A stretch of 64,000 nt of DNA from an uncultured Methanosarcinaceae archaeon. GTDB taxonomy: Archaea; Halobacteriota; Methanosarcinia; Methanosarcinales; Methanosarcinaceae. Below the pieces are notes generated by a model, which was not told the DNA's origin, made no database searches, and saw only the letters and a program-made list of their open reading frames with translations. Made by a program: the position numbers and the translations under genes. The stretch spans positions 80,671 through 144,670 of the forward strand of contig CAWHXP010000011.1 of NCBI GenBank assembly GCA_963833425.1, given 5' to 3'. Below are positions 58,602 to 64,000 of this stretch, in pieces (within the stretch, counting starts at the first letter, position 1; every line of letters begins with the position of its first letter).

Positions 58602-59483
58602 ATGTTCGGAGAAATTGGGATCGTGAGAAACGAGGCTGATGAAACTTCCCTGCAAATTCTTGTACTTTTCAGGGACAGTATCAGTGAGATCCAACTTAAA
58701 GGACCTGAATCCATGTCTTCTTACTTCAAGCCTGAATACTCCCATTACCTGGTGGTACATACTCCTCTTAGCATTCAGTATCCTGACAATAAGGAATATT
58801 GGAACCTGCGCTTTTGCGGAAATATTGGAGTTTCATTGGTGGAACTGGTTGTAGCTGAAACTGAGAGCGCTTATGTAAGAGGCCTCATGGCAACTAACGG
58901 GTCAAAAATTTATGCAATCCTTCCTTTTATATCAATAGATGAGGAAAAAGCAAAGAAAGCAAGCTTCCCTGAAGATCGAATGGCCAGTGTGCGCGCACAG
59001 GTACTTCCTGCTGTGCTTCCATATATAAGAGGATCAAAAATCCTAGATATAGGCAGTGGTTTTGGAAGCCTCACTCTAGAAATTGCAAGAAATAATCCGA
59101 ATTCAAAGGTTTATGGAATCGATCTGCATGATTCCCTCACAAACCAGGCGCATATGAACGCAGAAATCCTTGATGTGCAGAACGTGGAGTTCAGGACAGG
59201 TAGCGCCTATGCTTTGCCTTTTGATGGGAATTCGGTGGATGCTGCTACATGCTTTTTCATGCTTCACCACCTTAAGGATATCAAATTTGCTCTGTTCGAA
59301 ATCAAGAGAGTACTGAAAAAGGGTGGGTTATTAACCACAGTTGAGCCCCTTGACCATCAACATCACCACGGACCTCCACTTTCGGAAGCTGCATTGAAAG
59401 AACTTTTTGAAGATGTAGGTTTTCATGTGGAAACTGAAAATCCGGAAGGTGCAGTTGTTCTCAAGGCCACAAAAAAAGAATAA
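58602..59483 (+). CDS. Class I SAM-dependent methyltransferase with an N-terminal extension
   Basis: ILDIGSGFG, YGIDL, GSAYALPF and EIKRVLKKGG motifs; His-rich HQHHH. Confidence 0.88.
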   Translation: MFGEIGIVRNEADETSLQILVLFRDSISEIQLKGPESMSSYFKPEYSHYLVVHTPLSIQYPDNKEYWNLRFCGNIGVSLVELVVAETESAYVRGLMATNGSKIYAILPFISIDEEKAKKASFPEDRMASVRAQVLPAVLPYIRGSKILDIGSGFGSLTLEIARNNPNSKVYGIDLHDSLTNQAHMNAEILDVQNVEFRTGSAYALPFDGNSVDAATCFFMLHHLKDIKFALFEIKRVLKKGGLLTTVEPLDHQHHHGPPLSEAALKELFEDVGFHVETENPEGAVVLKATKKE

Positions 59484-59809
59484 AAAGAGGGTCAAATAAA
59501 GAAAAATGATAAGTAAAAAATGGTTCGAAAGATTTTTTTGGCACAGAATCCGGCTCTTAATTTTTTTCAATCCATCTCTACAATTTAGTTTTTCCTACGC
59601 TAAAATATAAATATACATTGCTCTGGCGCTCTAATTGTAATGCATGCATCTTCGGTTAAGTGTGGAATCGCGATATTTTGCACCAATTTCGCAAAGATTC
59701 TCAAAAATATTAATTAGATGCAAAGTTGGGGTAGATTATCGATTTTAGTGTTAATTTTCAAAATTCAGGACTGATTTTTGCTCCTAAATAGATAACATAC
59801 AGACAAGAA

Positions 59810-60390
59810 AATTCCTGAACCGCTGATCAATGAATTATGATGTAGTCATTCAAAATGAAATGTTTTCATTTGCTTATTATGCTCTTTTGTCGTCCTATTT
59901 TCCCTGATTTTCAACATAATTTCTGATAATGTCAGAAGTTGTTCCATCTACCAATTTTCCAATGTATCCTCATCACTACATAATCCCCACCACCAAGCTG
60001 TTTTTAATCGCGTGGTATTTTTTAAAAATTTATCTTGCTGTAATGCTTTTTATGATCTGAATAATTTTTGAAGGAGAATACTTTGGCTCAGAACCAACGA
60101 AAAGGTGGATATGATCATTATCAGTACCAATTACATCAAATTTAAAACGGTACCTTTCACCAATTTCAAGTCACACGTTTTTCAAAAAGCTGATAATTTC
60201 TATCTCTAAAAGGAGGATTTTATGATATTTTAACACAAAAAAAACTATGTGCTACTTTATTTTATATACAAAATGATTTGCATGCCTCAGTTTCATTTAC
60301 ATTACAAAAGTAGCTAAAACATAAAGCGGTTAGTTAATAATGGTTCTCTGGAAAATTTCCATCCCCACAGCAAGCTGCGAGGTAATTGAA
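59810..60390 (-). mobile_element. IS200-family element with disrupted tnpA
   Basis: MKLRHANHFVYKIK*H..., HUH motif DHIHLFV, IIQIIKSITAR and LWSDEGYIG; subterminal hairpin CCCCACAGCAAGCTGCGAGG. Confidence 0.85.
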
Positions 60391-60787
60391 TGAAATAAAG
60401 TACAATCGACTTTGATGTTAAAATCATGCTTTAGGTAATTTAAGGTTTGAAACTTATTGATTTCTCAGTTCAACCGCGTAAGTATTATTTAAGTATCAGT
60501 TGAATTATATAAGGATTCTGAAATTCCCATAGAGCGTTCGCTGATACTGTACTGGGAAGTTGTTTTACTGAATTAATTTGCTGAGCAGAGAGTCATTCAA
60601 AACCCTTTTCCACGATATCAAGTTCCAAATTGTTTAACATTTCTTAGTGCTTTTTAAATTCCATGTATTAAAGCTTGAATAAACGATTCTTTATCCTGTT
60701 CTGGGCTTCCTTTCTGACATTTTCTTCTAGGATAAATTATATACACTATATTAGTAGACACTATATTAGGCATAATAATGCATACTG

Positions 60788-61082
60788 GTGCGCCCAAGGA
60801 AAAGAAAAATGGTGAGTTTCGAACATCAACTGAGGCACTTCAAACCTGGGGTTTGCAAAGAAAGCAATTTTGAGGAAATAGTCCTGACAGTTGACGAACT
60901 TGAAGCCATGAGGCTCAGATTCCTGGAAAATTTATTCCAGATTGAGGCGGCGGACTGCATGGACGTTCATCAATCTACTTTTCAAAGGACACTTTGAAGA
61001 GCACTTGAAGCACTTGAGAAAGTAACTGAAGCATTTGTTTATGGAAAGTCAGTAAAAATTGAAGGAGGAAATTACAGGATGC
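60788..61082 (+). pseudogene. DUF134 protein, disrupted
   Basis: MRPRKRK..LTVDELEAMRLRFLE..STFQRTL*, with a short duplication AGCACTTGA and GKSVKIEGG downstream. Confidence 0.75.
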
Positions 61083-61280
61083 CAGGAAAAGACGGTACCG
61101 GCCCGGTAGGTAAAGGATCTGGAGGAGGCAGAAGACGAGGTAGGAATAGAGGGGGGTAATGACGGTCCGGAAGGGACGTGTATATGTCCCAAATGCGAAT
61201 ACGAGATGCCCCACAAGCTTGGGGTGCCTTGCATCGAGGTGAAGTGTGAAAAGTGCGGGACTTCAATGGTCAGGAAATAG
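61079..61280 (+). pseudogene. Gly-rich small zinc-ribbon protein, frameshifted in a G-run
   Basis: MPGKDGTGPVGKGSGGGRRRGRNRG, then GPEGTCICPKCEYEMPHKLGVPCIEVKCEKCGTSMVRK. Confidence 0.65.
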
Positions 61281-61340
61281 CTGCTGATGCACATAATTAT
61301 GTATTAAAATTCTTGACTATCAACAGACGGAGTAAAAAGA

Positions 61341-61625
61341 ATGAAGATCGGCATAACAGCTAGTGGTGAAGGGCTCGATTCCAAAGTAGACTCCCGAGTA
61401 GGGAGATGCAACTACTTTGTAATCTATGACACTGAAACCAAATATGTAAAATCAATCTCAAATACGAGTGTAGAAGTTTCTGGTGGTGCAGGGATCAAGG
61501 CAGTCGAAGCTATCACAAACGCAGGGGTTAATGTACTCTTAACAGGCTTTGTGGGTCAGAATGCCTTTTCTATTTTCGCTGAAGTCGGAATTGATGTCCA
61601 AGTCGGAGCAAAGACGAAGAATTAG
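61341..61625 (+). pseudogene. NifB/NifX-family protein, 3'-truncated and fused to a partial fmdE copy
   Basis: MKIGITASGEGLDSKVDSRVGRCNYFVIYD..GGAGIKA; the sequence switches to fmdE at AGCAAAG (61607). Confidence 0.75.
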
Positions 61626-63291
61626 TTGCAATTGTGGAAAATAAATCATGTGCTATTGATGTTATTCAGGTAATAAATGGCTGTACTTGCGGGAAAGGAA
61701 ATCTTGTTTTTAAAGATTATGGGAAGCATGTTTACACATATTTCAAAAGAGACGATAAAACGGGCATCAGGATTTCCTTGAAACCAGCTGTCCTTTCGCA
61801 GGACGAAAAGCATGTTGCACTCTTCGCAAAAATGAGGATTGACACTGCAAGCCCAGAGAAGATAAGGATTTTCGAGCCTTACACGAAGCAAAAAGCCAGA
61901 AGATCCTAAAAATGCTAGCGGAAAACTTTTCTGGGTAAGGGAAGTGGAAATAAAGCCTCCAGAAAAAGCCATAATTTACCCTACTCTGATCTGTAACAAA
62001 TGTGGAGAAGGTTTTATGGAACCTATGGGACGATTGAGAAATGGAAAAGTAGTCTGTATCCCTTACTTTGAGGCAAAAGATGAGTGAAGACCTGGAGATA
62101 ATTCCCTAAACATGGAAATGATATCTACAAACTATGTAGAAAATGATTACTTTGAACCTGTCTACGATGAAGAAATCTACTCGAAAGTTTAAAAAGTTTT
62201 CCTGAAAACTGGTATGAGGTTACTTCATTTGTATTCTGTTAAGACACAAAATGTCTAAGAAGGTCTATAGAGTGTTATTGTTATACTAAAAAATTCACAT
62301 TAAAGTCGGAAAATCGCTACACTTAGTATTCGAAGTTGTGCATAAAAATCGTTAAGCTAAGAAAAATGAGAACTGCTTAAAAAAGCTGTTTCAGATCCCA
62401 AATAGGATGATTACTCTAAGCAATAAACTGAATGCAAAAAACATTTAATGCTTGTTACTAGATAACCTAAGCAACAAATAATTATTTTGGAATAATTTCC
62501 ATGTCAGTTTCCTAATCTTGTGCCAACATCTATGAACAATACACTTCTTGCTTTTATCTTGGGAAGAGCTAATCAACTCAACTTATTTTAGGTAATGGCC
62601 TCAATGTGTTTATAAAAATATATAATGCTACAGAGAGTACTGATAATGATGCTACAAAGAGTAATCTAAAAGTAGTTTAATGAAAGCTCAATAAGGAGAA
62701 CATTGTTATGCCAATAATAAACTACCTCACAAGGGGTCGGAGGTATCCTGAACAATTCTAGAGACCTTGCAGAAGGAGCGGAAAAGATCACTTTTGTGGA
62801 AACTCCAAGTTTCTGCACCCCCTTTGCTGAACTTCTAAGTTTTGTAGTTCGGGACAAAAAACTTGCTTTCATTCCCGGTCTAGATTTTGAGCAAGCTAGA
62901 TCAATTCATGTGACTCTTGAGGGTATGCAGCTTGGAGAGCTCACAGATGCGCATGCTGATGTGATCGTCTTGCTCGGAGGACTTGCAATGCCGAAGATGG
63001 AGATAAATCCTGAAAAAGCAAACTAAATTGCCAGAAAGGTCCTCGAAAACTCGGAAAAAGGAAGAATTATTGGATTATGTTTTCAGTCCATATTCATGCA
63101 GCGGAAATGGGATAAAATAATCAACTTTGATTATATCATCAACGCTGATTTGGCTGTTGAAGTGCTGAAGGTCTAAAATTTCATATGATTTTTTTCCTTC
63201 CGACCGAAAAATAACGCGGATAAAAACAATTTTTTATATTCAAAATCCAATTGATTCTCAATGTCCAAGTTATGGTTTTGATCCTATATCC
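61607..63291 (+). repeat. Right arm of the inverted duplication (5'-truncated fmdE, a decayed gene, and a DUF2124 pseudogene at 62708-63176)
   Basis: Reverse complement of 35227-36907. Confidence 0.92.
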
Positions 63292-63628
63292 TTGGCATAA
63301 AACAGAAAGCATTTTCCTGATAGATAAACAACCACTGAAACGTCTTCATAAAATGGAAATTCAGAGAGGTAGATTTCCAAATATAATAAAATCATCCTCA
63401 ACTGCATTAAAAAATAAATAAGTTTATGCAGTATACGGAATGAAGAGAACTTGTAAACGATGCTAAAGAGTGTATATATTGAATCAAAAGGCTAATATCG
63501 AAAAATTTCTATACAGGCTCTGCCTAAATCTCTGTATGCCCAGTTCTCAAGTGAGTTCGGATCTATTTTTATCACTCTGAATTCTAGAAATGGAAAAGCA
63601 GAAATGAGAAATGAAGTTTTTACTACTT

Positions 63629-64000
63629 TAGAGAATTTCGATAAACTCCTATGCATTTGAGCATTGGAGAGTTTAAATCTCTTGACAACAATTCCTATTT
63701 ATGAAAACTCGGAGTGATTTTGCTTTTAAAGAGGTATATAATCGTCTTCAGTTAGTTGGAGATAAACTTGCTAAAATTGATTACTCAATTGATTGGAAAC
63801 CTTTTCTTATAATTTTTGAGTCCATATATTTTTAACAAAACAGCTTAAGGAGGTATACCTGAAGCTGATGTTATTATTGTTTTTAAAATGCTTGTTTTAC
63901 AGCAATGTCATGGTTTTTCAGACTTTAAACTTGAGAAACAATGTATTGATTGAATTTCTTTCAGGAAATCAAAGATTGAATCTGAAGATGTTGGTAAAGC
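63629..64000 (+). mobile_element. IS5-family element, left end and disrupted transposase; runs off the window
   Basis: IR TAGAGAATTTCGATAAAC; VGDKLAKI, FKMLVLQQ and LEKQCID similar to 24500-24880. Confidence 0.85.

Overview
AT-rich archaeal chromosomal window that looks like a Methanosarcina (Methanosarcinaceae) genome. The basis is the rps17e-dapA-dapB operon, the fused kae1-bud32 gene next to rdgB, an MCR component A2 gene (atwA), FmdE, DUF2124, a C1A-peptidase/PKD surface protein and typical IS/MITE families. The housekeeping genes are intact. Most accessory genes are broken by stops, frameshifts, lost start codons or deletions: fba, pyk, a GT4 glycosyltransferase, copA, an H+-ATPase, an arylsulfatase, mscS, a QueG-like regulator fusion and a tRNA-Leu copy. 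Every transposase (IS6, IS5, IS200/605) is also dead, which points to active genome decay. Best leads: (1) a stand-alone Nal1-N/propeptide-like mini-gene directly upstream of a calpain-like (C2) protease that the ORF track misses, preceded by a ~50-bp tandem array that expands a dispersed promoter-linked motif; (2) an intact DUF134-NifX-like-DUF169-atwA-CMD cluster surviving inside a decayed metal/redox island; (3) ~1.7-kb inverted repeats bracketing that island, each with a ~900-bp near-identical core; (4) a degenerate tRNA-Leu with a GAA anticodon, followed by a zinc-ribbon ORF with one in-frame UAG. No CRISPR array or rRNA was seen. All family calls come from motif recognition by eye, not from database searches.
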